NCBI GenBank assembly: GCA_963702845.1
Contig: OY969763.1
Span: 4,416,001-4,480,000, forward strand
Source of the DNA: an uncultured Verrucomicrobiae bacterium
Lineage (GTDB): Bacteria > Verrucomicrobiota > Verrucomicrobiia > Limisphaerales > Palsa-1400
Reading direction: 5' to 3'
DNA: 64,000 nt
The position numbers and the translations under genes were made by a program. The notes beneath the pieces are model-generated. The model saw nothing but the letters and a program-made list of their open reading frames with translations, was not told the DNA's origin and did no database searches. Positions 11,125 through 20,389 of the stretch are shown one piece after another. Within the stretch, counting starts at the first letter, position 1. Each line of letters starts with the position of its first letter.

Positions 11125-11598
11125 CTAATCCCGCACGGCAACCTCGTGCGACGCACGCGCATTGATTTCCGAAAACCTCTTCCGCGTCCACTGCAACCGT
11201 TGCAATAACACCTGCGAAATCCGCTTCATCAACTCGTAACCAAACGCCGGGCTCTCATCGCATTGCTCGCGTAGACGAGTGCCGTAATAGAACGTTGCCG
11301 TCGTCCTCTTGACTGCACGCGCGCCGAAGTGCCAGTAATAAGGCGGATAGAGCCACGACCAGCCGATCACGTCGCCCGGTCCGGCCTTCTGGATGAGGAC
11401 AAGCCGTTCGCCGTTGATGTCCGCCTCCAGATCGACTTCGCCGCAATGGATCAGGTAAAAACGATTCGCAGGTTCGCCTTCCCGAAAAATCACGTCCCCG
11501 GGCTCGAACTGTGCGTGCATCGACGCTCCTTCAAGTATCTTCAGATACTCATCCGGCATTCCTTTCAGGAATGGATGTACTTCAGGGTCAGCTTTCAT
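11125..11598 (-). CDS. Stand-alone cyclic nucleotide-binding domain protein
   Basis: FEPGDVIFREGEPANRFYLIHCGEV..GPGDVIGWSWL; no HTH. Confidence 0.85.
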   Translation of the reverse strand: MKADPEVHPFLKGMPDEYLKILEGASMHAQFEPGDVIFREGEPANRFYLIHCGEVDLEADINGERLVLIQKAGPGDVIGWSWLYPPYYWHFGARAVKRTTATFYYGTRLREQCDESPAFGYELMKRISQVLLQRLQWTRKRFSEINARASHEVAVRD

Positions 11599-11673
11599 AC
11601 TAAGCAGGATAATTCACTTATCAGCGCTGCACTTCGCAAATTTTGCCCGAACATAAGCTGATCTTGACCAGTG

Positions 11674-13587
11674 CTAAAAATCAGAGATTTCACGCGGCGG
11701 CAACGCAGCGCGCAACGCGTTCAACACCGCAATGACATCAATGATCTCCTGGGTAATCGCACCGGCGACTGGAGGCAGAATTCCGGCTGCGCCCGCAAAC
11801 ATTCCCGCGATGCTCAACACCATCCCGCCCACTGCGGTCTGCAGGGCGATGTTGCGCATGTTCTTCCCAATGTGCAGCAATTCATCAACGCGACGCAGGT
11901 CCCCTTCCATGATCACAACCGACGCAGCCGCCGCGGTGACATCTGTATTGTGACCGATCGCTACCGGCACCGTCGACGCGAGCATCGCCGGCGCATCGTT
12001 GAGACCGTCGCCGACATAAAGCGTATTCGCACGCGCCGTTTCGCGTTTAACAATCGCAAGTTTTTGTTCCGGGGTTTGTTCCGCACGCACTTCGGTAATG
12101 CCAACCTCATCCGCCAAATAGCGCACCTCTGATTCGCAATCGCCTGAAACCAGCATCAGTTTGTCAAACGCGTGCTTGGGCCCAAGATGTTGAATGAACG
12201 AAACCCCTTCCTGACGCGGCGCATCTCGAAAATGAAACGTCGCCGCGTATTGTTCATCCAGCATCAGCACACATTCAAGACCGCCCGAGGGCTTCGGAAG
12301 TTCCCCGCGCATTTCCGCCGGCAACTTACCGCGGCTCGTCAAACGCACGCGATGTCCCTGCACCAAACCGGTTAGTCCACGCCCCGGCGTTTCGTTGATC
12401 TCTTCGGCTTCCGGTGCAGAAATATTTTTCTCCTTCGCCGCGCCGACAATCGCAAGCGCCAGCGGATGTTTCGAATACTTCTCCAAACTCGCCGCAAATG
12501 CGAGCGCTTGCGCCGGGTCAATCTTGCGAGCGGTATGTTGCGTCGTCAGTTTTGGCCGGCCGTACGTCAACGTGCCGGTTTTATCAAAAATCGCCGTCGC
12601 GCATCGGCTGATTCGTTCCAGTGCCACCGGATTTTTGATAATGATTCCGCGTCGTGCCGCCAGCGAAACCGACCCGATAATCGCCACTGGAATTCCAATC
12701 AACAACGGGCACGGTGTCGCCACCACCAGCACTGATAAAAACCGCATTGAGTCGCCGCTCCACACCCACGCTCCACCAGCAATCGCCAATGCGATGGGTG
12801 TATAGATCGCTCCCAGTTGATCGCCGATCCGCCGGAGCTTAGGCCGATTCGACTCAGACGCCCGCATCACTTCCATGATTTTCGCGTAACGCGAATCAAC
12901 CGCTTTCTTGGTCGCACGAATCGTCAACGCGGATTCCCCATTCACCGAGCCGGAGATCACTGCTACGCCCGGTGCCTTTTCCATTTGAAACGGTTCACCG
13001 GTCAAAAACGATTCGTCCATCGACCCATGCCCTTCGATGACCTGCCCATCAACCGGACACGTCTCGTGCGGATAAATGACGATGCTGTCGCCGATGTCGA
13101 TTTGATCGACGCGAATGTCATCAATCTGCGCCTGGCTTTTTCGATGCGCCACCGACGGCATGCGCCGCGCCAACGCCAGCAACACCGAGGACGCGTGCGC
13201 GACCGCATATGCCTCCAACGCTTCGCCACCAGAAAGCATCAGCACGACAATGGCACCCGCGAGGTATTCATGGAGAATTGCTGCAGTGACAATCGAGATT
13301 CCGGCAAGCAAATCGGAGCCGAATTGCCCACGAGTCGCCTTGTAAACTAGTTCGCCAACCAGTGGAAGTCCGCCGATAGCCAGCGTCGCAAGCAGCGGCC
13401 AGTTGTAAACCTGGGGTGTTGCAGAAAATCCAAATCGCAGAACCAAGTGCGCCGCGATACCGACAAGCGCGATGCTAGCGATGCCGACATCTCTGAACTC
13501 CCAAAACCTGCGCCAACCATATGGCGTGACCGCAAGTTCTTCGGGCGCCGGCGAGCACTCTGATTCAGCCGGAGAAGTCTGCATCAA
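11674..13587 (-). CDS. Heavy-metal P-type ATPase, P1B-5-like
   Basis: TGE, ATPCP, DKTGTLT, HP, GDGLNDAP, TM8 QEIID. Confidence 0.9.
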   Translation of the reverse strand: MMQTSPAESECSPAPEELAVTPYGWRRFWEFRDVGIASIALVGIAAHLVLRFGFSATPQVYNWPLLATLAIGGLPLVGELVYKATRGQFGSDLLAGISIVTAAILHEYLAGAIVVLMLSGGEALEAYAVAHASSVLLALARRMPSVAHRKSQAQIDDIRVDQIDIGDSIVIYPHETCPVDGQVIEGHGSMDESFLTGEPFQMEKAPGVAVISGSVNGESALTIRATKKAVDSRYAKIMEVMRASESNRPKLRRIGDQLGAIYTPIALAIAGGAWVWSGDSMRFLSVLVVATPCPLLIGIPVAIIGSVSLAARRGIIIKNPVALERISRCATAIFDKTGTLTYGRPKLTTQHTARKIDPAQALAFAASLEKYSKHPLALAIVGAAKEKNISAPEAEEINETPGRGLTGLVQGHRVRLTSRGKLPAEMRGELPKPSGGLECVLMLDEQYAATFHFRDAPRQEGVSFIQHLGPKHAFDKLMLVSGDCESEVRYLADEVGITEVRAEQTPEQKLAIVKRETARANTLYVGDGLNDAPAMLASTVPVAIGHNTDVTAAAASVVIMEGDLRRVDELLHIGKNMRNIALQTAVGGMVLSIAGMFAGAAGILPPVAGAITQEIIDVIAVLNALRAALPPREISDF

Positions 13588-13665
13588 ACTAATCTCGCAC
13601 CGAACCCAACTCAGACTCTCCGTCTTGTGCCATTGGCTAACCCACTATTGCCATCTCAGCCCGTG

Positions 13666-13691
13666 GTAGGGCGGGTCGCTCCGCGCCCGCC
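13666..13691 (+). repeat. GTAG-type REP-like palindrome (copy 1)
   Basis: GTAG-GGCGGG TCGCTCCGCG CCCGCC; a second copy is at 34110-34135. Confidence 0.7.
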
Positions 13692-13704
13692 GCAGTCCTC
13701 ACCT

Positions 13705-13745
13705 AAAAAGGAATAAGCCGGGAACTTGGTTGTAGTTCCCGGCTT
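13705..13745 (-). terminator. Intrinsic terminator of nrdJ
   Basis: Stem AAGCCGGGAACT / AGTTCCCGGCTT followed by a T-rich run on the minus strand. Confidence 0.75.
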
Positions 13746-13787
13746 CGGTTCCTCCTGACGGTTCCCGACAATTCCCCACCTCACAAA

Positions 13788-16700
13788 TTATGAGCAGCCC
13801 AGGCTCTCGCCGCAGTTCAGGCACTTGTAACACGCGCCGTTGCGCACCGCGACGTGACCGCAGTTCGGACAGGTCGGCGCGTCCAATTGGAAGTGTGCCA
13901 CGCTCTCGCTCAAAGTCGTCACCTGATGCGAATGTCCATGCGTTTTACCATGTCCATTGCCGGAGGTGACGTCCGAGGCCTTCAGCACAACATCAGTGTC
14001 ATCCGCTGAAATCGGCAGATCAGGCACTGGCCGATTTATCTTTTTTTTAACCTCTTCCATCAAACCAGGCATCGCCAGCTCCGGTTGACTGCGCGACGCC
14101 GCGTTCGCATCGCGATAACCAGGAATGAACTGCAGCGCCAGCCAACGGAATACGTAATCGATGATCGACGCCGCATTGCGGATTTCCGGATTCTTCGTGA
14201 ACCCGGACGGTTCGAAACGTTGATGCGCGAACTTCTTCAATAAAGCCTCCATCGGCACGCCATACTGCAGCGCGAGGCTGGTAAGCGTGCCGATGCAGTC
14301 CATCAATCCCCCGATCGTCGACCCCTCCTTGGCCATGGTAATAAAGAGTTCGCCCGGCAGGCCGTTTTCAAACAGGCCCACCGTCAAATAACCTTCGTGA
14401 CCCGCAATATCAAATTTGTGCGTCATCGCCTCGCGCGTATCCGGCAAGCGCCGGCGCAAGGGTTGACCTGCTTCAATGCGAAGCTTCTCAACTTCCGTCT
14501 GTAAATCCTTCAGTTGATCCGCCATCGAAGTGACCTCGCCACCTTCGTTGGTCTTCTTCGTGTTCAACGGCTGCGAACGTTTCGAGCCGTCGCGATAAAT
14601 CGCCACACACTTCAAACCCATTTTCCAGGCTTGAACATACGCGTCTTGAATGTCTTCAACCGTGCAATCGTTCGGCAAATTGACCGTCTTCGAAATCGCA
14701 CCGCTGATAAACGGCTGGGTCGCACCCATCATTTTCAGGTGCGCCATGTAGCTGATGCTGCGTTTGCCGCGATACGCTTTGAACGCGCAATCAAACACCG
14801 ACAAATGCTCTGCCTTCAACCCACTTTGGATTGGCGTGCCGTTTTCATCGACGTCTTCGATCGTATCGAATTTCTCAATGTGCGCGACGATATGTTTAAC
14901 CTGCGCGTCATTGTAACCCATGCGCTTGAGCGCTCCGGGAACGGTCTGATTGACAATCTTCAACATGCCGCCGCCGGCGAGCAGTTTGTATTTCACCAAC
15001 GCGATGTCAGGCTCGACACCTGTCGTGTCGCAATCCATCAGGAACGCAATCGTTCCCGTCGGCGCGAGCACCGTGACCTGCGCATTGCGATAACCAACGA
15101 CCGTCTTGTTGACTTGGGTCTGCCCATTGGTCAACGCGCGCGTCCAACAATTGCGCGCTTCGTCTTTCAAATATGCAAACTCCGGCGCGGGATCGATGTT
15201 CTCGACCGCATCGCGATGTTGTTTGATCACGCCGAACATCGATTCAACGTTGTCCGTCTTCAGCGGTTTCGAAACATGCGAGCAACGCGCATCATGGAAC
15301 CCTTCAAATGCGCCTTTAACTTTCGCCATTTCAGCCGACTGCTCGTAAGCCGTGCCGGTCATCATCGCCGAAATCGAACCCGCCAACGCCCGACCAGCAT
15401 CCGAGTCATACGCCAAACCATAGCTCATCACGAGCGAGCCAAGGTTCGCGAAACCGAGACCGAGCGTGCGGTAAATGTGCGAGTTCTCCGCGATTTCTTT
15501 CGTCGGGTAACTCGCGTTGTCGACCACGATTTCCTGCGCGGTGATGAAAATCTTCACTGCCGCCTGGAACCGTTCGTAGTCGAAGCGTCCATCCGCACGC
15601 TTGAACTTCATCAAGTTCAGCGACGCGAGATTGCACGCGGTGTTGTTCAGGAACACATATTCCGAGCACGGATTCGTCGAATGAATCGGCTCAGTGCCTT
15701 TGCAAGTGTGCCAGCGCTGGATCGCGCCGTCGTATTGCAAACCGGGATCGCCGCAAATCCATGTGCCTTCGGCGATCTTGTGCAACAAAGTCTTCGCATC
15801 TTTTTTCTGGAGCGGCTTGCCGTCCGTCACGCGGCGCGTCCACCACTCTTTACCATCCATCGCCGCCTGCATGAACTCATCGCTCACGCGCACCGATAAA
15901 TTTTCATTCTGATACATGACGCTGCCGTAGGCCTCGCCATTGTAAGAACCGTCATAGCCCTGCTCGATCAACGACCACGCCTTCTTCTCTTCCTTCTGCT
16001 TGGCGTCGATAAATTCTTCGATGTCACCGTGCCAATCGCGCAACGTGTTCATCTTTGCCGCGCGACGCGTCTTGCCACCGGACTTCACCACATTCGCGAC
16101 CTGGTCGTAAACGCGCAAAAACGAAAGCGGACCGCTCGGACGACCGCCACCGCTCAATTTCTCACGGCTGGAACGCAACGGGCTCAAATCCGTGCCCGTG
16201 CCGGAACCAAACTTGAACAACATCGCCTCGCTCGACGCGAGTTGCATGATGCTCTCCATGTTGTCATCGACAGATTGGATGAAGCACGCGCTGCCTTGCG
16301 GATATTCGTATTGCGTGTTCGCTCGTTCGCCCTGGCCAGTCTTCGGGTTATAAAACCACATACCGCGCGCGGAATTTTTCCCGATGCCGTATTGATGATA
16401 CAAACCGACATTAAACCAAACCGGCGAGTTGAACGCGCCAAATTGATTGATGCAAAGCCAGGTCAGCTCTTCATAAAAAATCTCGCCGCGCACCGCGTCG
16501 AAATAACCGTCGCGAATACCAAAATCAGCGATCGTGCGACAAACGCGATGAATCAATTGGCGCGCCGATGTTTCGCGCTCGGGCGTATTTAGTTCGCCGT
16601 AAAAATATTTCGACACCACGACCTTCGTCGCGAGCACCGACCATGCCTTCGGCACTTCGACATTTTCCTGTTTGAAAATGACCTTGCCAGCGTCATCGGT

Positions 16701-16919
16701 GATTTCGGCCGTGCGTTTGTCCCATTCGATTTGATCGAACGGCTTGGTTTTCGCATCGCTAAAAATCCGCTTGATCTCAAGGGATTTGCCGCTGCCGGAT
16801 TTGGTTGCCTGGCTGCGGTTGGCGTTGCGTTGAATCTGCCCTCTGCTGGTGCCGCGCTGGGTTTTGCGACGGCTGCTGTGTTGTTGGGGGGATACGAGCT
16901 GATCGCGTGTATCAATCAT
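13788..16919 (-). CDS. nrdJ: Vitamin B12-dependent (class II) ribonucleotide reductase
   Basis: FNSPVWFN, SACFI, TNPCSEY, ACNLASLNL, VLAPTGTI, TSCPD-like domain and C-terminal CPNC..CYKCLNCG. Confidence 0.97.
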   Translation of the reverse strand: MIDTRDQLVSPQQHSSRRKTQRGTSRGQIQRNANRSQATKSGSGKSLEIKRIFSDAKTKPFDQIEWDKRTAEITDDAGKVIFKQENVEVPKAWSVLATKVVVSKYFYGELNTPERETSARQLIHRVCRTIADFGIRDGYFDAVRGEIFYEELTWLCINQFGAFNSPVWFNVGLYHQYGIGKNSARGMWFYNPKTGQGERANTQYEYPQGSACFIQSVDDNMESIMQLASSEAMLFKFGSGTGTDLSPLRSSREKLSGGGRPSGPLSFLRVYDQVANVVKSGGKTRRAAKMNTLRDWHGDIEEFIDAKQKEEKKAWSLIEQGYDGSYNGEAYGSVMYQNENLSVRVSDEFMQAAMDGKEWWTRRVTDGKPLQKKDAKTLLHKIAEGTWICGDPGLQYDGAIQRWHTCKGTEPIHSTNPCSEYVFLNNTACNLASLNLMKFKRADGRFDYERFQAAVKIFITAQEIVVDNASYPTKEIAENSHIYRTLGLGFANLGSLVMSYGLAYDSDAGRALAGSISAMMTGTAYEQSAEMAKVKGAFEGFHDARCSHVSKPLKTDNVESMFGVIKQHRDAVENIDPAPEFAYLKDEARNCWTRALTNGQTQVNKTVVGYRNAQVTVLAPTGTIAFLMDCDTTGVEPDIALVKYKLLAGGGMLKIVNQTVPGALKRMGYNDAQVKHIVAHIEKFDTIEDVDENGTPIQSGLKAEHLSVFDCAFKAYRGKRSISYMAHLKMMGATQPFISGAISKTVNLPNDCTVEDIQDAYVQAWKMGLKCVAIYRDGSKRSQPLNTKKTNEGGEVTSMADQLKDLQTEVEKLRIEAGQPLRRRLPDTREAMTHKFDIAGHEGYLTVGLFENGLPGELFITMAKEGSTIGGLMDCIGTLTSLALQYGVPMEALLKKFAHQRFEPSGFTKNPEIRNAASIIDYVFRWLALQFIPGYRDANAASRSQPELAMPGLMEEVKKKINRPVPDLPISADDTDVVLKASDVTSGNGHGKTHGHSHQVTTLSESVAHFQLDAPTCPNCGHVAVRNGACYKCLNCGESLGCS

Positions 16920-17065
16920 TGCCGTTCCTATCTATTTAAAATTGCCAAAAAAATGCATTCGAGACGCAAACACCGTTTGCAACCTGCCTGAACCGTTCAG
17001 GCGCCGCGAATGACGGAAAACTGCTACTCCCGAAAGCATTTCAGCGGCTTCGGAGCCGCCGGTTT

Positions 17066-17119
17066 ATACCCTCTATTGGGAGTGCCCCGCAACATACCCA
17101 CCACCTGTTGTGGTGTAAA
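17066..17119 (-). promoter_or_regulatory. nrdJ promoter with two NrdR-box-like sites
   Basis: Minus strand TTTACA-17-TATGTT (17119-17091); boxes CCACCACCTGTTGTGG (17098-17113) and ATACCCTCTATTGGGA (17066-17081), 32 bp apart. Confidence 0.7.
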
Positions 17120-17149
17120 GAAATTTTTGAAAAAAAGTTATTAGGCGAG

Positions 17150-17237
17150 TTATCCCCAAGAAAACCAGCAGTTTACCCAATAAAACATTCACTTTTTACC
17201 CTTTGTGAACAAGTGCCCCTATACAAAATGTGGATAA
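17150..17237. promoter_or_regulatory. Three DnaA-box-like 9-mers upstream of nrdJ
   Basis: TTATCCCCA (17150), TGTGAACAA (17204), TGTGGATAA (17229, perfect reverse complement of TTATCCACA). Confidence 0.55.
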
Positions 17238-17333
17238 CTTTTTGAGGTGGGGACGATCGCGCGGTTCGTGGCAGCGAACATCAAAACAATTTGTTCATTT
17301 CTCCCGTCGTCCTCGTCCCCTCCTCCCCACACC

Positions 17334-17813
17334 AACCTTTTTCCTGTATTTCGCTTGGGCTGCGCAAACTTGGCTCGGTGCAAACGCTTCCGCCATCTGA
17401 GTTCTCTCAACCCTCAACCGCGTGGTTCCATTCAACAACCCCAAAGGGGTTAAATAACTCAGCCCAGGGCCACGCGAAGCGTCTTCGAATAATTTGTTCT
17501 CATGTGAGGAGGGCTGCGGGGCTCTACCCTGGGTAAAACACCCAAAACGAAGTTTCACGACAACGCGACGGAGGAGTTAACCATTCCCTCATTACCTCCC
17601 GAACGTTTTTCGTGTATTCCGCTGGGCCCGCGCAAACGTGCCGCGTGCAAACGCTCGCGCCTTGGAGTTCCATCAACCCTCAACTCTCAACCGTCTTCCG
17701 CGACATGAATGTAGCCCGGCGTTTCGCGAGCCGGAAGTTCCGGCGCCGGGATCAACCATCCAAAACGAAGTTTCACGACCGCGCGACGAAGGAGTTAACA
17801 AAAGTTCGTGCCT
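17334..17813 (+). repeat. Two degenerate tandem copies of a composite repeat: module A, REP-like hairpin, 39-bp module B
   Basis: A at 17334-17420 and 17602-17693; B CAAAACGAAGTTTCACGACnnCGCGACGnnGGAGTTAAC at 17543-17581 and 17761-17799. Confidence 0.85.
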
Positions 17814-17875
17814 CCCTCTCCTCCGTGTTTTTATCACTTTGCCGGTCGGCCCCAAGATACGTCAGTACCTGCAGG

Positions 17876-18889
17876 TCACCACCAACGGCCCGTTTTATAA
17901 AACTTCGTTTTCATCGGATGCTGCGGCACTTTGCCTTCAGCACCGATGACCCTCACCTCCTCGTTGGCATATTCAGCCCATAACTCTCCCTTGACGGATT
18001 TCGCCAATGTCCGCATTGGTGCCCCATTCGACATTCGTTCATAAGTAAGCAGGCATACCCATCGTTCGTCCTGATACACCCTCGTCTCCTTTGTCCACCC
18101 GTTCTCGTCATACGAATAACGAAAGCTTAAAGTATGGCCTCCGTTTTCTGAATACCATTGGTTCGTCATTACCCCGGAACAATAGTCGGCACCACTGAGA
18201 ATATTCCGGCCCTTGTCGTAATTTTTGCGTGAGACAAGGTTACCGTACGCATTATAAAGACATTCACTCCTGCAGCGTAGCTCTTTTCCGATAAACTCCT
18301 TTAGTGACGTTTCCATACCGCTGGCAGCGTCATACGTCGTGTCGACAATTCTGGCACCCTCCACGGGATTGCTTGTCCTCGTGCGAACAAGAATATCGTT
18401 TTGGTTGAAGATCAGAACCTCCTGCAAGCGCAAAGTATCGTGACGGTCGTATTTCAGCACCAGAACCCGATTGGTCTTGTACTCGAACGTGCTATACGCG
18501 GTCACCTGGTTATCACTCGTCAAGAACTCCAGCTTCTTTATGCAGCCATTGGTTCCATACGTGACGTTCACAACCTCGTTCGTTTTGCCGTGAGCAATGA
18601 TCATCCACCTATCCGGCACTTTTTTGTCACCAGAGTATTCGTATCGGTTCTCCATAGTTTGCACCCCATCCTGAAATGCCGTTGTCCTCACCCGCCGCCC
18701 CTGGGCATCCTCCTCCACGTCGTATCGCCTTCCGAAATTCGGCGCGCCGAGCAAATCACCGACGAATTCGGCGAAACCACATTTTTTGCGGAGCTGGTAG
18801 CGGAAGGAGTGAGTCGTCGCGTGAACGCAGGACGCGAACGCCAGCCATCCGGCCGTGAATACAAAAGCCAGAGTGGCACGTTGACCCAT
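17876..18889 (-). CDS. Secreted hypothetical protein with YD/RHS-like beta-hairpin repeats
   Basis: Signal peptide from ATG 18889; YEYSGD, TYDAASG, YNAYGNLV, YSYDENGW periodic motifs. Confidence 0.6.
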   Translation of the reverse strand: MGQRATLAFVFTAGWLAFASCVHATTHSFRYQLRKKCGFAEFVGDLLGAPNFGRRYDVEEDAQGRRVRTTAFQDGVQTMENRYEYSGDKKVPDRWMIIAHGKTNEVVNVTYGTNGCIKKLEFLTSDNQVTAYSTFEYKTNRVLVLKYDRHDTLRLQEVLIFNQNDILVRTRTSNPVEGARIVDTTYDAASGMETSLKEFIGKELRCRSECLYNAYGNLVSRKNYDKGRNILSGADYCSGVMTNQWYSENGGHTLSFRYSYDENGWTKETRVYQDERWVCLLTYERMSNGAPMRTLAKSVKGELWAEYANEEVRVIGAEGKVPQHPMKTKFYKTGRWW

Positions 18890-18934
18890 GCGAAGTTTGT
18901 AGAGACGAGTTCGAACCAATGCAAGTCGATTGGC

Positions 18935-19123
18935 TACGAGGCTGGCATTCGAAACGAGTACGCGTGGGTCCCCCAAGAAGTTTTCAATTCCAAACGCGCC
19001 GAAATCCTGCAGCGCTTCCTCGATCGCCAACGTATCTACGGAACCGACCATTTCGCGAACAAATACGAACTGCAGGCGCGACGGAATTTGGAACGATCAA
19101 TACGGTTGCTAAGAAATAAATAG
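18935..19123 (+). pseudogene. 3' fragment of a COG4339-like HD-superfamily phosphohydrolase gene
   Basis: YEAGIRNEYAWVPQEVFNSKRAEILQRFLDRQRIYGTDHFANKYELQARRNLERSI matches the family C-terminus as I recall it; no N-terminal part is present. Confidence 0.65.
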
Positions 19124-19153
19124 TTTGCGCCTCATCCGCGAAGCCACTCCGAC

Positions 19154-19260
19154 ATCCCGAAGGGATGACTGAAACATAGCCCGGCACTTCAGTGCCGGGA
19201 CCACCCCCCCAAAACGAAGTTTCACGACAGCGCGACGCAGGAGTTAACAAGTTCACGCCT
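19154..19260 (+). repeat. REP-like hairpins plus third copy of 39-bp module B
   Basis: CATCCC-GAA-GGGATG; TAGCCCGGCAC-TTCA-GTGCCGGG; B at 19210-19248. Confidence 0.85.
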
Positions 19261-19339
19261 GCGGCCTTTCTTAATGGTGTATGGCAGGCAAGCAACACAT
19301 TTAATTTGTCTCTGTCTTGTTCTGTTTTAGCATTCGGGA

Positions 19340-20386
19340 ATGGGTAAAGAAGAACCGCAGCGCCCCAGATCGTGGAAGGAAACGTCAGCCTCATGTAAAG
19401 GACAGCTCTTTCGTTGCTTGTTAGCATTTGAATGGGTTTGCAGGTGGGTCGTGTATGGGTTGAGCAAAGTGACTTTGCTCAAGGTTTTGGAATATTTCGG
19501 AAAGCTGACGTTGCTAACATCGTTAATTCTTTGGATTTATCCCGGCTTTCCGCAACGGAAACAAGCATCTGACGATTCAAAAAAATCTCGTCACTACGTA
19601 GCTTGGCAAACAATTAACTCCGCTATCGGCAAACCTGGGAACGCCGGTCGCAGCGATGCGCTACAGGACCTGAACTGTGATGGTGTGCCTTTGAATGGCA
19701 TTTCGTTAACTGGCGGCGTCGTCTTAATTGGGCCTTTAAATCTTTCAAATGCTCGAATGGAAAGCGCAGATTTTTCGGGGGGACGCTACAACAGGGTAGA
19801 TTTTTCTCGCGCCGAATTGATGATGTCAAAGTGGGAAAACACATTTTGCGAAAGCTGCGATTTTCGAGGGGCGTCTTTTTGGGCTGTCACATTCAGGAAT
19901 TCAAAATTTCTTTGGTGCGATTTCAGTGTTGCTGGTGACGGCAAGAATCAGGCGCAGTCCGTATTATTGCCATATTTCGGAGACTCCCCGACTTCGTTCA
20001 CAATATGTAATTTCGTTGGGACGGCGTTACCAATCGGAGAATTGAAGAATGTCGACTTTGCTCACTGCAATTTTGCCGATGCGGAGTTATGGCAACCTTT
20101 CATTGGAACGAATGCGGCATTTGAATTCTGCAACCTCTACAACGCAAAGACTTCGTCTCCTGAGTTTATAAAATGGGCCTATGGTCAACGGCTCGTTTTT
20201 ACAAACATCACAAGCCTTGATAGGTGGCGGTATTGCGTGACAAACGGTTTGACATATCAGCAGGGAGGGCCGGAATTCATGGAATGGGCGTCAAACCAGT
20301 TCACCACTTACATCAAAACCAACGACGTTAAAGCATGGCTTGACTGGAGTCGCCAAAATCTGCCTACCAAACCAAAAGACGCGTAA
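19340..20386 (+). CDS. Pentapeptide-repeat protein with N-terminal membrane segment
   Basis: NLSNARMESADFSGG..VDFSRAEL..CDFRGASF..CNFADAEL; AWQTINSAIGKPGNAGR. Confidence 0.8.
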   Translation: MGKEEPQRPRSWKETSASCKGQLFRCLLAFEWVCRWVVYGLSKVTLLKVLEYFGKLTLLTSLILWIYPGFPQRKQASDDSKKSRHYVAWQTINSAIGKPGNAGRSDALQDLNCDGVPLNGISLTGGVVLIGPLNLSNARMESADFSGGRYNRVDFSRAELMMSKWENTFCESCDFRGASFWAVTFRNSKFLWCDFSVAGDGKNQAQSVLLPYFGDSPTSFTICNFVGTALPIGELKNVDFAHCNFADAELWQPFIGTNAAFEFCNLYNAKTSSPEFIKWAYGQRLVFTNITSLDRWRYCVTNGLTYQQGGPEFMEWASNQFTTYIKTNDVKAWLDWSRQNLPTKPKDA

Positions 20387-20389
20387 GTT

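Noticed and set aside
14514..15899. 461-aa + strand ORF, and similar long ORFs at 26795-27979, 39911-40750 and 46782-47303
   Set aside because: Antisense shadows of well-supported genes in GC-rich DNA
13788..17060. Intein in NrdJ or a cobalamin riboswitch upstream
   Set aside because: Length and motifs are continuous with no intein signature, and I see no B12-box in the leader
17120..17240. Replication origin (oriC)
   Set aside because: Only three boxes and no dnaA, dnaN or gidA context; better explained as nrdJ regulation, though GC skew was not tested
17543..19248. 39-bp module B as a CRISPR repeat or integron attC site
   Set aside because: Spacing is irregular (218 bp and 1449 bp); there is no RYYYAAC...GTTRRRY pair on either strand and no integrase in the window
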